Source: Podarcis vaucheri
Lineage: Eukaryota
DNA: 64,000 nt
Assembly (NCBI GenBank): GCA_965113315.1
Contig: OZ220363.1
Direction: 5' to 3' (one strand)
The number at the start of each line of letters is the position of its first letter. Within the stretch, counting starts at the first letter, position 1. Below the pieces are notes generated by a model, which had not been told where the DNA came from, did no database searches, and saw only the letters and a program-made list of their open reading frames with translations. The position numbers and the translations under genes are program-made. Positions 25,601 to 38,976 of this stretch are shown here, in pieces.

Positions 25601-27202
25601 AGATGTTAAGAACCAATTGCATCTGGTTGGGTCCATGCTGAACTTCCCTCGCTGGTGTTCCTGTTGAGATGGAGGTGGTGCAACAACTACCCAGAAGTCC
25701 TTTTGGCCCAGAGGTCTTTTGCCAAAGGCAATTGGCAGACGGTTGCCCCCTACGTCAGCACTGCTGGTTGCGCTAAGGTCGACGTTACTGTGGCAACAGC
25801 TGGTGTTAGCATAGTGGCATGACAGAAAAACACTTCCTCTCTCCCATGCTATATTAAACCTGCAGCTGTAGAGAAAATGGAAATATCCTCCCACAGAATA
25901 CCTCACCTCATTTATTTATTTTTAAACCACACACCTAAAAGCCCACCAAGCTCAAGAGTTGTGCATGGGCAGAGACACTGGGTCAACCTCATGTGGTGAT
26001 ATTAGCTCTTGGCTCTTCCACCCTCAGTAGGGAACTGCAGTAAATTCTGGCAAACGGGTCTGTATATGTGTGTGGTACCACAGGGCACCACCAAAGTGCC
26101 TTAGTAACCTTGTGACACAGATGTGTACAATACAGCCAGCATAGAGGTCTGTGTCTTCTTGAAATTCCTAGCCAAGTTGTTTGTCCAAATGCACAGGTAG
26201 CTGATGTAGTGACGTTCAGATATTGTTGGACTACAACTCCCATCAGCGCCTCGGACCATCACAACTATAGCATAGTGCACATGCAGAACAGAAGGCGAGA
26301 GGTGAGGGAGCTGAATTTTTGCCTTGCACAGGGCACTGCTGAAATTTGAAAGACCAAAGCCCCCTCCACCTTGTGTGTGCTGAGAATGGACATGCAGAAA
26401 TTTGCTTCCCCGAATATTTATTATTTTTTGAAAAATGATATCTTGTTTTTCATCATGTAGGTCTCACAATAAAACTTACAACATACAAAATTTAAAAACA
26501 TAAACCTCCAAAATTTAAAACCTCAAGAACTGAAAATCCTTCTTTAAAACGTGTAAAACGTTTAGGTTTCACAGACCTCCTGAAATAGAGCAGTTTTGAC
26601 TAGGTGTCTGAAACTCAGAAGGGGCAGTGCTTGTCTAATTTATTGTTAGGCCCCCAATTTAAGAAATATGGAATTATTTGTGAGCAAGTAGTTCATCTAC
26701 TTTATCAGCAGAGTACTTAGTACAGGTGCTCTGGCTCCTTGCAGTCAAGGTGTTTTGCTTATTAATTTGATACGCTTATATCTTGCTGCATCTCTTCCAA
26801 CGTGGATCTCAAAGGTGGCAGGCAGAAAGTTCCCATACAGCCTCTCACCCAGACCCTGGTGAGATCCAGACATGCTTAGCTTCTGCTCAGTTGCCACATC
26901 CTCCTCCCTTTAGGCCACGTCATGAAAGACAGCTGCTAGCAAGCAGTTCCAGGATTCATAAGAAAGGGGCCCTGACCACATCCTCTAAATGTTTTTTTTT
27001 TTTTTAAGTTCACTCTGCTTGAGAACAGTAGGTGAGGAAGAAGCGAAGAGGGCGCTGATTGGATCTGAACTCTCCAAACTGTGCAAAACGGTTAATGTAG
27101 TTCAATGGGAACAGTGTGTACGGTGATGAACACTGGGGGGGGGATCCTAACTTTACATATACACTGATGGGGTCTGGTTTACTACGAGGTAAACATACTC
27201 AG

Positions 27203-27551
27203 GGGACGTGGGTGGCGCTGTGGGTTAAACCACAGAGCTAGGACTTGCTGATCAGAAGGTTGGTGGTTTGAATCCCCGTGATGGGGTGAGCTCCTGTTGC
27301 TCGGTCCCTGCTCCTGCCAACCTAGCAGTTCGAAAGCACGTCAAAGTGCAAGTAGATAAATAGGTACCGCTCTGGTGGGAAGGTAAACGGCGTTTCTGTG
27401 CGCTGCTCTGGTTCACCAGAAGCGGCTTAGTCATGCTGGCCACATGACCCAGAAGCTGTATGCCGGCTCCTTCGGCCAATAAAGTGAGATGAGCGCCGCA
27501 ACCCCAGACTTGTCCACGACTGGACCTAATGGTCAGGGGTCCCTTTACCTT
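27203..27551 (+). mobile_element. Sauria SINE (Squam1), full length
   Basis: tRNA head with A/B boxes, body ending in tttaccttt; degenerate TSD taaacatactcag / taaacgtgctcag. Confidence 0.9.
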
Positions 27552-27631
27552 TAAACGTGCTCAGAATTGCAGCCTTGTTCATTGATATATTTTGCTCCTC
27601 CATTGTCTATCCTTCCTATCTTCCTTTAGAG

Positions 27632-27816
27632 CATTTCAGGGGCCTAATCTAGCCTACCGGTTGATTTAAACAGGCCCCAGTGGCAATATATGTCCCGGGG
27701 GGAAATCCTAAAAGCTCAACAACCTCAACCCTAAAAAAGCTCAAGAACTTTGGTCAGCCCTCATGCATGTTCACTTCATCAAATCTGACTCTTTGGAAAA
27801 AGTTTGGGCACCCCTG
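27632..27816. mobile_element. hAT MITE remnant
   Basis: 8-bp direct repeat ctttagag on both sides; right end gtttgggcacccctg; left TIR degraded. Confidence 0.6.
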
Positions 27817-27848
27817 CTTTAGAGAGTTCAGAATTTCCAGGACATTTG

Positions 27849-28396
27849 CATAGGCGCCGACTCCATGGGGCCTGAGGGGGCTCGAGCCCCCTCAAAAAAT
27901 TTTTTTGGGGGGCTCAGCCCCCCCAATAATCTCAGGCGCCCTTCCAGCAGAGCGCCGCCGCCGCCCCCCGCCTCCTCCCCACCTGCGCCCTCGCCAGCCA
28001 GCCAGCCAGCCACGGGCCCTAGTCGGAGAGCCCCGGCCGTCCCCCGCGAGATTAGGGAATCCCCGGGGGCGGGGGCTCCTGCCTCGCTGCTTCGCAGCAC
28101 CACCGCCACGGCCAAGGCACTGCCGGGGGGAATTTCCTTCCTCCTGGCGGTTTCAGCGGTTTAGGGCCGGAGCGGAGGGGGCTCGCCCTCTCTTCTCCAG
28201 CTAGCCCCACGTTTCCCGCATATCAGCTGTTCCGGAGCTGATTAATAGGCGCAGCACGCTCTCCCCTATTTGCTCACGAGGGGGCGGCGCCACTTTATTT
28301 GCATATTCATGAGCTTATTTGCATATTCATGAGCTTATTTACATTTCACGAGCTTTCCCGGGCCCCCCCAATATTTTTTATAAGTCCGCGTCCCTG
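27849..28396. mobile_element. CpG-rich hAT-type non-autonomous element
   Basis: Perfect 8-bp TSD gacatttg (27841-27848, 28397-28404); imperfect TIR cataggcgccgact / agtccgcgtccctg. Confidence 0.85.
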
Positions 28397-29661
28397 GACA
28401 TTTGTCATCTAGGTATAGGCCATGACCAGACGTATTCAACTCCAGAGGTGGAGCTATGCATGCCTTTTTAAAACCAGCCACTTAGAAATCAGAATCTCAA
28501 AACTCCATTTCCCCCCCAATGTGGACCTTGAAAATTTAGTATTTTATGTTTTTTAGCATGTTTGAGTTTTTAACCCCTCCCACCCCCTGCCCCTGGAACA
28601 ACTTCTGATGTCCATATCCCAATATTTACCATTTGGTGACCACCTTTCAGTTTGCTTGTTGAAAAGCTAATATCAACCACTTCATTCTTCAAAACTGATA
28701 TTCAAATATATACACATGAAATGCAATTTGAACTATATTTACAAAAGGGGGGGCTGTATTAAAGCACTTGGTCTTTTTTTCTTCTGGAACACACACCGTA
28801 CATTAAAGAACAGGAACAGGCAGTGTAGTTACATCTGAAGGCTATAGCTCTATGAACCCAGGTCATTAATGTTGCCAAATCTTCTTTGCACATACATGCA
28901 AGAAATAATACTAAATATACTTGTATGCTGGTTCAAAAGATTTCATCAATTCTCACGCTTATAATAGATTTGCTTTGCTTCCTAAGGCTCCTCAAATCAC
29001 AGGAATTGCTGTACTCCTGCAAACCAGTACACACATATACTTCTGGTTCATGGGTTACTTTTTCCCTGTGATCAGAAAAGGACAAGAAAACAAGCATGGA
29101 CAGCTGCGAACCCTTAATAGCTGTGTGAAGGGAATGTGCTGGTAGAGCCAAACTTGTGAATGGGCCTTTGTTTGATTACTTAGATCATAAATATGTCTAA
29201 TTTTCTTGTTAGCAACTAGTAAGACTTGGGAAAGGACCATCATGACACTTAGTTCCTAGCAGTTGCCATGTCTGACCCACAATGTACGAATGTCATTTGA
29301 AAACAGCCATCCACCCTCCTGCCCTTCACCCCCAAATGCCATGTATACATATATAATATCAATGGGGATGTCTTGAAACTATTTCAGGGGGAAACAAGTC
29401 TCTCAGTCTCAAGTGTTCCCTTCACCTCCATTGACTTTTCACTGAATGAAGTGCAGGCACAACATTAGGGATGGGGGAATCTTTGGCCTTTAGATGTTGT
29501 TGGACTCCAGTTCCCATCAGCCTCTGCCAGCATGGCCAATGATCAGGGATGATGGGAATTGTATTTTGTCCCTGACGTAGGACCTGCACTTCTGTTTGAA
29601 AGCTACAGGTTGTTGCCCAGATATTCACTGAAGGATGCAGTACCTAGCCCACTTCAAGTCG

Positions 29662-30128
29662 TCAGACACGACTTTCTTCCTCTTCTACAGCTCGGTAGAG
29701 TCCAGGGATGAATTTCAGCAGCCTCTTCCGAACACTTCCCTTCCGGCTTTTCCGCGGGAGAGTCCCAAATATGTTTGAGACGTTGCTTCCATCCCAAGAG
29801 GGAGATGCTGACCCACTGCTCGTCACACTGATGCTTCTGTGCCTTCTCAGCGAACTCTTCACAAAGGCAACATCACTGTCCCTCGAGAGGAAGCAGTCGT
29901 CTTCTGTGCTTGACTGCCGGCTAAAAGTCCCACTAGCAGGATCCTCCGAATCGTAGGCTTGGTAGAAGCTGTCCTCACTGTCCACAGTCATTGAGCTCAG
30001 GCGGCTTAAACAGCTGCTTTCGCTGGGAAATCGGGGTTTGTTTGCCAAAGCTGACCCTGATCGAGCGTAATCACCAAATAAGTTAGATTCTTCCAGTCCC
30101 ACAAATTCAAGTGGTGAGCGCATTTCCC
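29662..30128 (-). CDS. CYTIP: Cytohesin-1 interacting protein, exon 8 (last coding)
   Basis: Acceptor ttcctag at 30129; [18 protein letters not shown]...[35 protein letters not shown] matches the CYTIP C-terminus. Confidence 0.97.
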
Positions 30129-30192
30129 CTAGGAAAGAGACAGAAGAGAACATGCATTAATTACCTCAAAATGCACAAGCTGGAATAATATA

Positions 30193-30431
30193 CAGTGGTA
30201 CCTCTGTTTATGAACTTGATTCGTTCTGGAGGTTCGTTCTTAACCCGAAACCATTCTTAACCTGAGGCACGCTTTTGCTAATGGGGCCTCCTGCCACCAC
30301 GCCACCAGCATGTGACTTCCACTCGCATCCTGGGGCAAAGTTTGCTACCCGGAACACCTACTTCCAGGTTAGTGGAGCTCGTAACCCAAAGCGTTCATAA
30401 GGAGGACAGTACATAACCCGAGGTTCCATGG
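30193..30431 (+). mobile_element. Tc1/mariner MITE in CYTIP intron 7
   Basis: ta-cagtggtacctc start, degenerate right TIR. Confidence 0.75.
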
Positions 30432-32772
30432 TACTAAATGTACTGATCTTGCTGAAATATAATTGGAGCTCTCACTTTGGAATGGGGGAGAAATTACATT
30501 CAGTTTTCGTTTAAAGGTGATCCTTCCTAATTCACACTCTCTGAAACATGAGAACCAAAACACAGCTATCTTTCAAAATTCACACTTTCCTGAATTTTGC
30601 AATGCAGTTTTCCAGCCAAGTAAGGTGTACAAAAATCCATACACTGTGGTAAAGTGTGCATTAGATGCATATATTACTGAAAATGACATACAAAATTGAA
30701 CTTATTATTTGGGGGTGGGGGGAATTGCTTTGCAAAAATGTGTAAGGCAATTTTGCATACAGTTATGCAGATTAGGAGAAACGGGACTAAAATGCTGATG
30801 AAGTTCCATTAGGACTTTTTCTTTTTTAAAAAATTGCAAACTGGTGCAGAAATGTGGCGATATGAAATTAAGGTTGGGGAGGGAAATGCAAAATTGACTG
30901 AAACCGAAATTGACAGATCCACCCATTGCTAGCTCTAATATGACACGATAAGCACCCCAGTGGGCGGGGTGTGTGTGTGTTTGTGTGTGTGTGTTTCACT
31001 TCTGCATTCTAACTGGTGCACATTGTGTGAATGTGGAAGCTGGTGCAGTGTAGTGGTAGGCGAGACTGAGCTATGAATTGTATCTGCCATGAACTTATCA
31101 GGGAGCCTTAGGCAAGTCTCTCTGTCATCTGCAGAAAGGGGAAGAATAATAATAATAATAACAACCTTGCAGAGTCGCTGTAAGGATTACAACAAAAAAA
31201 TGCATGATAAATTCTTTGAGTCCTCAAAAAAACTATGGTAGGAATGGGGAAACTCAGGTCCAGGGGCCAAATGTGGCCCTCCAAGTCTCTCTGGCCTCTC
31301 TTGGAACTCTAACCCCTATTCGCCCTCCCACCAGATGTCAAAGAGAAGAACAACTACCAGATTTTTAGAAGACATCAGAAGGCAGCCCTCTTTAGGGAAG
31401 CTTTTAATGTTTTAACAGACTACTGTATTTTAATGCTTTGTTGGATGCTGCCCAGAGTGGCTGGGGAAACCCAGCCAGATGGGCGGGGTATAAATAATAA
31501 ATTCTATTCTATTCTATTCTATTCTATTCTATTCTTCACACCCCAAGTGTTTTTGTCTGACTAGAAAGTGTAATTGAACTCTGATGATGCCTCTTGCTTG
31601 CTTGGGGTGTGTGAGCATGCATAGAGGAGCTAGCCAACTCTACAGAGGTGTTCACCCTCATTGCTCTTCTCCTCCTTTCTTACATTTATATACCACCTTT
31701 TCCTCTCAGGAGCTCTGTGGTTCTCCCCATTTTCTCCTCACAACAACCCTGTGAGGTAGGTTAAGCTGAGAGACTGTGACTGGCCCAAGGTCACCCATAG
31801 CTGAGTGAGGATTCAAACCCTGACACACCACAGTGGCTCCACATTTGGCCCTGCCAACCTTTGGAAGGTTGCTCAGAAGGGGAATGTTCCTCACCCCTAT
31901 GCTATGCTATACAAATGTTAAATTCTATTTTTTACTTAGCCGGCCTGAGAGCTGGTGTTAGTATAATGGTCAGAGCAGCGATGGCAAACTGATGACCCTT
32001 CAAATGGTGTGGGACACCAACTCTCATCAGCCCCGGTCAACATGGCCAATGGTCAGAGATCAGGTGAGCTGCAGTCAAACAGTATCTGGAGGGCCACAGG
32101 TTACCAGCCACTGCACTAAGAGCATCAAACTAGGGCTGGCAAGAATTGGATTTAAATCTCTACCCAGCAATGGAACTCAGTGGGCTGGTGCTGGACCAGT
32201 CACCATCTCTCTCTCCCTAACCTACATCACTTAAACTCTTTGTTGTTTCCAGGTCTCTGTGGAGGTCCCAGATCTCCTGTCTACCTTCAGTTTAGAGATG
32301 AGCCTAATTCATGTGACCTTCTATTTTGGGGACAACATCTGATTACACTTGTATCACATACTACAAATAATATTGCGTTTTTATACTGTAATCTGCCCTG
32401 TGATCCTCAGATGAAGGGCGGTATAGAAATTAAATAAATAATAAGTAAAGGCTGTTTATTAAGGCTCTGGGGAATTCTGCTTTCTCCAGTGTAGCTCACA
32501 GCATCCTTGAAAAATCAATACAAGTGGATACAAAAATCATGTATGTATATTTAAGGCATTTATAAACTGCCCTTCAAAAATATCTACCGCCCAGGCAGTC
32601 TACAATGCAGATTAGAAACAAAATAGCAACAATAAGAAATAAAACGTAAAGGTAAATCAATAAAACAAATACCATTAAAAACAAATTAGCTGGATCAGCA
32701 AGGTGAAAAGCTTCGTATGCAGTGTTCAAAATGCAATTTCCTAAAAGCAGAAACTTCATGCTAAAGACTAAA

Positions 32773-33212
32773 GGTAAAGGTAAATATACCCCTGCCCGTA
32801 TAGGCCAGTCTTGACATACTCTAGGGTTGTGCGCTCATCTCACTCTATAGGCCGGGAGCCAGCGCTGTCCGCAGACACTTCCGGGTCACGTGGCCAGCGT
32901 GACAAGCTGCATCTGGCAAGCCAGCGCAGCACACGGAACGCTGTTTACCTTCCCGCTGGTAAGCGGTCCTTATTTATCTACTTGCACCCGGGGGTGGTTT
33001 CGAACTGCTAGGTTGGCAGGCGCTGGGACCAAACGACGAGAGCGCACCCCGCCGTGGGGCTTCAAACCGCCGACCATGCGATCGGCAAGTCCTAGGCGCT
33101 GAGGTTTTACCCATAGCGTCACCCGCATCCCATAAAGACTAAATGTAAAGGTACCCCTGCCCGTATGGGCCAGTCTTGACAGACTCTAGGGTTGTGCGCT
33201 CATCTCACTCTA
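32773..33212 (-). mobile_element. Sauria SINE of a different subfamily (32773-33131), adjacent to a truncated 3' fragment of the same subfamily (33144-33212)
   Basis: Reverse-strand Sauria body and tail; TSD taaagactaaa. Confidence 0.85.
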
Positions 33213-33738
33213 CTGTATGCACAATTCAGGCAAATGTTTTAATACCAGCCAGAGGTGTACAGTCAGTGTCATATGGCCACATTCACACCATATATTTAAA
33301 GTATTATCATATGAATTTAAACAGTAATAGCTTCCAACGAAGAGTTCTGGGAGCTGTAGCTTGATAAAGGTGCTAAGAGTTGGTATGAGACCCCTATTTC
33401 CCTCAGAGCTACAGTTCCCAAAGTGGTTCACAGGGAATTCTGGGAATTGTAGCTCTGAGAAGGGAGCAGGGGCTGCCTAACAACTCTCAGCACACTTAGC
33501 AAACTGCAGCTCCCATAATTCTTTGGGGGAACTGAAGACTTATCATGGCTATTTATGCTATGGGCGGTGTTCTTCTATACAGCTTCTCCCAAACCTTTTA
33601 TCTGCAGGAGAGAACAAAGGCAAACCAAAATCTGAAACTCAGGAAACTCATTGACTCACTGGTGTTCACATCATTTTTGCAGAGGAAACTGGGGTGGTTA
33701 TGCATTCTTATTTTCTATCATAGGAAATTCAGCCTTAC

Positions 33739-33805
33739 CATTAGCAAGGTGGTGTTCTCGTAAGCACAGTGACTGGAACTCCAGCAATTTTTCTTGCAGG
33801 GTTTT
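33739..33805 (-). CDS. CYTIP: CYTIP exon 7 (67 nt, coiled coil)
   Basis: AG/GT boundaries; KTLQEKLLEFQSLCLREHHLAN(G); phase fits neighbouring exons. Confidence 0.92.
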
Positions 33806-35919
33806 CTGTATAAAAGGCAAGCAGAGATCACTGCAATTTGGGGCACAACACTTTATAAGGTAGCTCGGTTATACACTCGAGCCCCCATTGTGATTGTGAC
33901 AAACGTGTCCAGTGATTTTCTCTGAATTGGTCCAGTTGTGTCTGAGGGATTTGTATTTGTTGTTAAATGCAGTTTAGTGTTTTATCCCTCTTTCTCATGT
34001 TGCCTCTTTCCTGTTGTTGTTTTTTAAAATCAGGATTTCAAATCCCCCCCCCCCCGGGCATTGGAGTCAGTTGGACATTAATTAAAGTGAATGGTGGTTT
34101 TTGAGGAGGGAGGGAATAATGCATATCCAAGTTGTTGTTGGTGGGGGGGTCATGATGGACTTTGGGTATTCAGATTTCAAAATTTACTGGTCACACACCT
34201 GGGGAGTTGAAAAACGCCCAAGGGAAATATCAGAATCTAAGAGAAATGACCAGGAAATTGGACTAGGTGGGTCTTTGGTCTTATCCAAAAGGATCTCCTT
34301 ATGTTCTTATTGGGACACATAATCCCATCTCACTTTCCCCTAGAACAGCTGAGCAGTGACATTCTGTACTGTGTATCATAGATTACTGCAAATGTATGTA
34401 TTACACTTCCTTTAAACTCCAATTCCTTTCCTTAAATCCCAGTGCGATTCCTAAAGCTTTCCTTCCAAGAGAGAGAAAGATCATCATCAGGGAGTTTATC
34501 CAAGTTTTGGATAAGTGACAAGACAGCATTCTTCCTAGTTTGCCAGGCTTCATAATAATCAGCCACTGTGCTCTCTCCTTAATCGGAGCAATGAAAAAGT
34601 TTGGCTCTGCGGTTCAAGCACATTTTGCTAGCTCTTTCTAGGCTGGATGGCAGGAATCCCTTGCCTTCTTAGCTGCTTTAATCAAGGCGCTTGCTACCAT
34701 CCCAGGATTTGGTGTCATCTGGAGGTCAAGCTCAGGTGGTGGCTTTGGGGTTATGTAAGCAGTTTGGCTGGGCCAGTGGCCTTCCCACGTTTCCTCCTTC
34801 GGTTTCAAGATTTTGTACTAGAGTGGAACAGCAGCAGAGTGCAAGGACCTTTCCCTCATATTCTCTGCTGGATATTGGCAGCATGGTTGTGGTGATGATT
34901 TATGGGGATTTCACAGCAGCTAACGACTTAATCAAGATGAAGGCCCCATTGTGCAGCTAAAGAAACCTTTAACCCTGTCCCTGCCAGGATTTCATGCCCA
35001 ATGAGTAGAAGGGAAGGTGAAATAAGTTTAATTCCGAATAAGGGACAAGAATTCATGACCTCTGTGTTAAGGATAATGGTTTAATTTCCTGAGATGGGAA
35101 TGTTCAGTTATAAATGCATAGGTGCTTCAAGGGACTAGGAAACCTACGTGATCAGGTCTCCAGTTAAATGCAGAGGAGCCTGAGCATGTACAATGGTATG
35201 TGTGCAACTTTCCACTAGGTTCAGACCTTCCACTGAAAGTGTGGAGGAGGAGGAGCAAGGCCAGTGGACACAATTCTGCTTTTTCCTTTGGTGGTTCAGT
35301 ATCTGTGCAACTGAAACTCCGAAAAAGGCTACTGTTTCTACTGGGCGTTGTTCTATCATGAATTAGACAAGGAGTTACGTTGCTTTCCAATCATCAGGAG
35401 CTAGGTGGAATCACATGATTCTTGCTGACTGCCCTCTCCCAATATAAATGTTCGGGGGCTGAAATGTACTTTCCTGGCTTAAGCTGCAGGCACAGAGCCC
35501 AAGGAAAGCTGAACGGATGCCATTCTGCTTGAGCTGCTGCCTGCACTAAGTCCTTTCCAGCTAGCGGAAAAGCTGGCTGCTCATTAATCACATTGCAAAA
35601 TGAGTCAAAACTGGCAATAGAAGATTTAATAATTTTGCGTTCTTTTTATAACTGAAGAAATGAGGCATTACGTTGAGGCCCATTTTCTGTCTTCTTCGTC
35701 CCCCAAAAATAGTGTCTAGGGCAGGTGCTCTACTCTTCATTTATGCTAGCATTAGTGTAATAGCCATCAGAGATAGATGGGTCCCCCCCCCCGGAACTTT
35801 CCTCCTCCTCTCCCCCACCCCCACCTTTGGGGAAGGGGGTAATTCATTGGGAGCAGTGGGCAGGGCTGGAGTAAAGTGGGTGGGGCCATTATTTCCCCCT
35901 TTGTTTCCCTTTCTCCTTC

Positions 35920-35924
<5 letters not shown>

Positions 35925-35976
<52 letters not shown>

Positions 35977-36007
35977 TCCTCCTCCTCCTCCTCCTCCTCT
36001 TCTCCTC
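35925..36007. repeat. (TC)n / (CCT)n polypyrimidine tract
   Basis: Direct reading. Confidence 0.95.
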
Positions 36008-36708
36008 CCCACCCCCAGTTGCCAGGGGAAGGATAGGATCAAAGATCTGAACTAATCTCCAGCAAAGGGTTTCCTCCACCTCCATTTCAGATTTTTCCCA
36101 ACTCACCCCATGTTTCCCCCCTCTTGTTCTTCCTCTGAGCTCCCCTCACCTGCATTAAATTAGGCTGAGGGCAATTAACATCACCCAACTGCTGGCAACA
36201 AATGCAGCTGTTTTAGAACAAGGGTTATATGAGTTCTAAATGTAACTCCAACTGCTGCCTTTTGGACCAGTTGAAGCTCCTGAGTTATCTTGAAGGACAA
36301 CCCCATTAGGCTGCCCCCTCTCACTTTCTCGACTTGAGAACTTAGAACACATGACACCTCCATCTTTCAAGGATTTCATCACTGCCTCCAAACACCTGCC
36401 TAGCCCTTCAGCTAGCTTTCCTGATTCAGGTGGGACAGAGAAAAGGCTGGGTAGTTTCCCTGGATGCTGTGATTATAATGTTGCTACTTTGCATGGCAGA
36501 TGTTGTTTTTTTGCTCTTATTGATTTGGGAATATTTATATTGAATTTGCTTTTATGTCTCATATTATGGTTTGTTATCTGAACCACTCTGAGTTCACTTT
36601 GTGAAGAAAATCAAAGATATAAGCCCCTAAATAAACAAATGTATCTTCAGGTGGTTTCTGCATAAAGGTTAAAACTGATGCTTTCTATCCTCTATATAGA
36701 ATCAGTAC

Positions 36709-36778
36709 CTTCAAGAACCGCAGCTTAGTTTCCAGTTCCATCCGCTTCATTATAAAGGACTCATTCACAGTATCTAAC
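36709..36778 (-). CDS. CYTIP: CYTIP exon 6 (70 nt)
   Basis: AG/GT boundaries; LDTVNESFIMKRMELETKLRFLK. Confidence 0.93.
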
Positions 36779-36788
36779 CTGCAAACAG

Positions 36789-36792
<4 letters not shown>

Positions 36793-36845
<53 letters not shown>

Positions 36846-36848
36846 ATT
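36793..36848. repeat. (TTA)n microsatellite just upstream of the CYTIP exon 6 acceptor
   Basis: Direct reading. Confidence 0.95.
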
Positions 36849-38264
36849 ACCACTATTAATAAAATTTCATACTGCTAATATGAATGCAAGTTAAAATGTC
36901 AGGCATGCGTTTCCTGCATTAGACTGTGGCTCCAACTAGTCTTGGTTGCTTCTCCCATACCAAATATAAGCCATGCTAAAGCTCACAAGGAGAATGGTTA
37001 TAGCCATGCCTTGTTACTTGCCTCTGGCAAATATGAACGTTTGCAGACATCATTTACATACTTGATTTTTGAGACAGACAAGATTGCTATTGGGACAACA
37101 ATGTTTTATATTTTGATTTTGTTCTGTGACACCCCCCCCCCCGCGAGACCTCCAGGTATAGGGTGATATATAAATTCAACAAATAAAAAAATAAAATAAA
37201 AACAAGCTTAATAACTTCTGGCAGCTCAAGTGGATAAGGAGGCAAACTTGGGCTCATGTCATCACTGATTCTTGCCTGATCCAAAAGAACGTGTATTACT
37301 GGTTAAGAATGTGAATGGACTTGAAATCCATTTCTGATTAAATGCCATTAAATAATAGTGCCTGAGTAGTGGGGGCAAAGAGATATTCCAGGGTTGAGAA
37401 AGAGAAGGGGACATAGGAGAAAATAGCTGTACTTTTATTAAGATGAGGAGCCTACATCCCCTCTGAGTTCTATCCCATTGAAATGTCCCAAAGGAGCCAT
37501 AGGGTAACAGACCTTAATTGATTGTCATATGTCAGCCAAATTTTAGGCTGTGTTGCAACTATCGGGCAACTCAGGCTCTGAGACTTTGCTGTGAAGAGAC
37601 ATGAAAGAGGGCCTTCTCTGTAGTGGCACCCAGACTACAATATTCCTCCTTCCTGGAGGTATGGCTGGCCACAATATTGTTGGAATTCTGTTGCCTTGTT
37701 AATAAAATGCTTGGTCTCTCAGGCTTTGGAGGGGCTTGCTTAAGCAGTTTTGAATTTTCTTATGTATCTGGATTGTTCTACTGTACCCACAGCTTTGATT
37801 TAAATCTGTTGTCATTTTAATTGTGTTTTATGGTTTGAAGTAATGCTGCTTTATTTAAAATGTTGCAAAGTCCTCTATGATCACAATGCGAAGAGTTCTC
37901 CGTAAGTTTCTTAAATAGATTGAATACTGTTTCAGATTCTGGACTTAATGGTTGTACAAACACCACCTTTTTCAGTTGAGCTCAATTTATGGTAAGCCAG
38001 CTCTGTTGCTGCATTTGGGCTCCTGCTCATTCTGCTGAGGGGGGCCCTGGACCTTTGCCCCAAAGTCCTGCCCTGAGTGCACCAATGGCTTTTGATGGCA
38101 AATGCCTGCCTGCCTGCCTGCCTGCATACTCTCTCTAATGTTCTGAATCCTGGAATGTTTCTTGTGGCCTGTGCCCATTGCTGCCTTGGCCATTTCTCTG
38201 CAGCAATAACAAACCATGAGAAAACCCTTTTTGTCTTCTTGGGGGCAGAAGGGCTTTTGATTAC

Positions 38265-38358
38265 CTCAAAAAGTTCCCTGATGACTTGATCAAGTCCACC
38301 ATTTGCTTATGAGCAAGTCCTTCGGTGCTCATTCCGTTGATGTTGGTCAAAATATAAC
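38265..38358 (-). CDS. CYTIP: CYTIP exon 5 (94 nt, PDZ domain)
   Basis: AG/GT boundaries; [30 protein letters not shown]. Confidence 0.95.
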
Positions 38359-38976
38359 CTGTGATAATTCCAAAACGAATATAATTAGGAACTGTGTATT
38401 CATTGTTCCCTCTGAATCCTAAAAAAAAAAAAAGCAAATGGGAGAAGCAGTAAACCAGGAGTGGGAAACCTCAGGCCCAGGGTCTGACTGTGGCTGTCCA
38501 CACATCCATGTCCAGGCCTCAAGACTCTGTCCAGGCCAGAGGTGCCAACTTGAATAACATATGGGGGGGGGAGGAAAGGTAAGCCCTGCCACACATAATC
38601 ACCTGATACAGTGCATGCACACCATTTGAACGGCAGTGCCCATCAACTGGGGGGGGGGCGGCCCTCTGCCCCTAGAGGTTGGTTCCTCTGGTCCAGGCCA
38701 AACTGCTCACTGACTTCACTCTGTGCCATCTTGTAGTGATTTTATCTGACTAGAATGTATCCTTAAATTCTGGTGCCTCTTGCTTACATGCATGGCGAGA
38801 GGGGTGGGTGTGTCTGTGTCTATGTCCACACACACACACACACACACACACTACTGGTATGTGGCCCCTGGAAATTTGCCTGTGAGGAAGTGTGGTCCTC
38901 AGGCTGAATATTTACCCCATCCCCGCAGTGAACTTTGTTTGGGTGAACTTTAGGGTGGGGGGGAAAGGCTAGTTAC

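Noticed and set aside
27828-28204. Overlapping 95-99 aa Pro/Ala/Gly-rich ORFs and a CpG-island-like promoter
   Set aside because: By-products of the GC-rich transposon interior bounded by a TSD; no gene structure
28291-28352. CRISPR-like or satellite array
   Set aside because: Three adjacent 20-bp units without spacers in a vertebrate transposon
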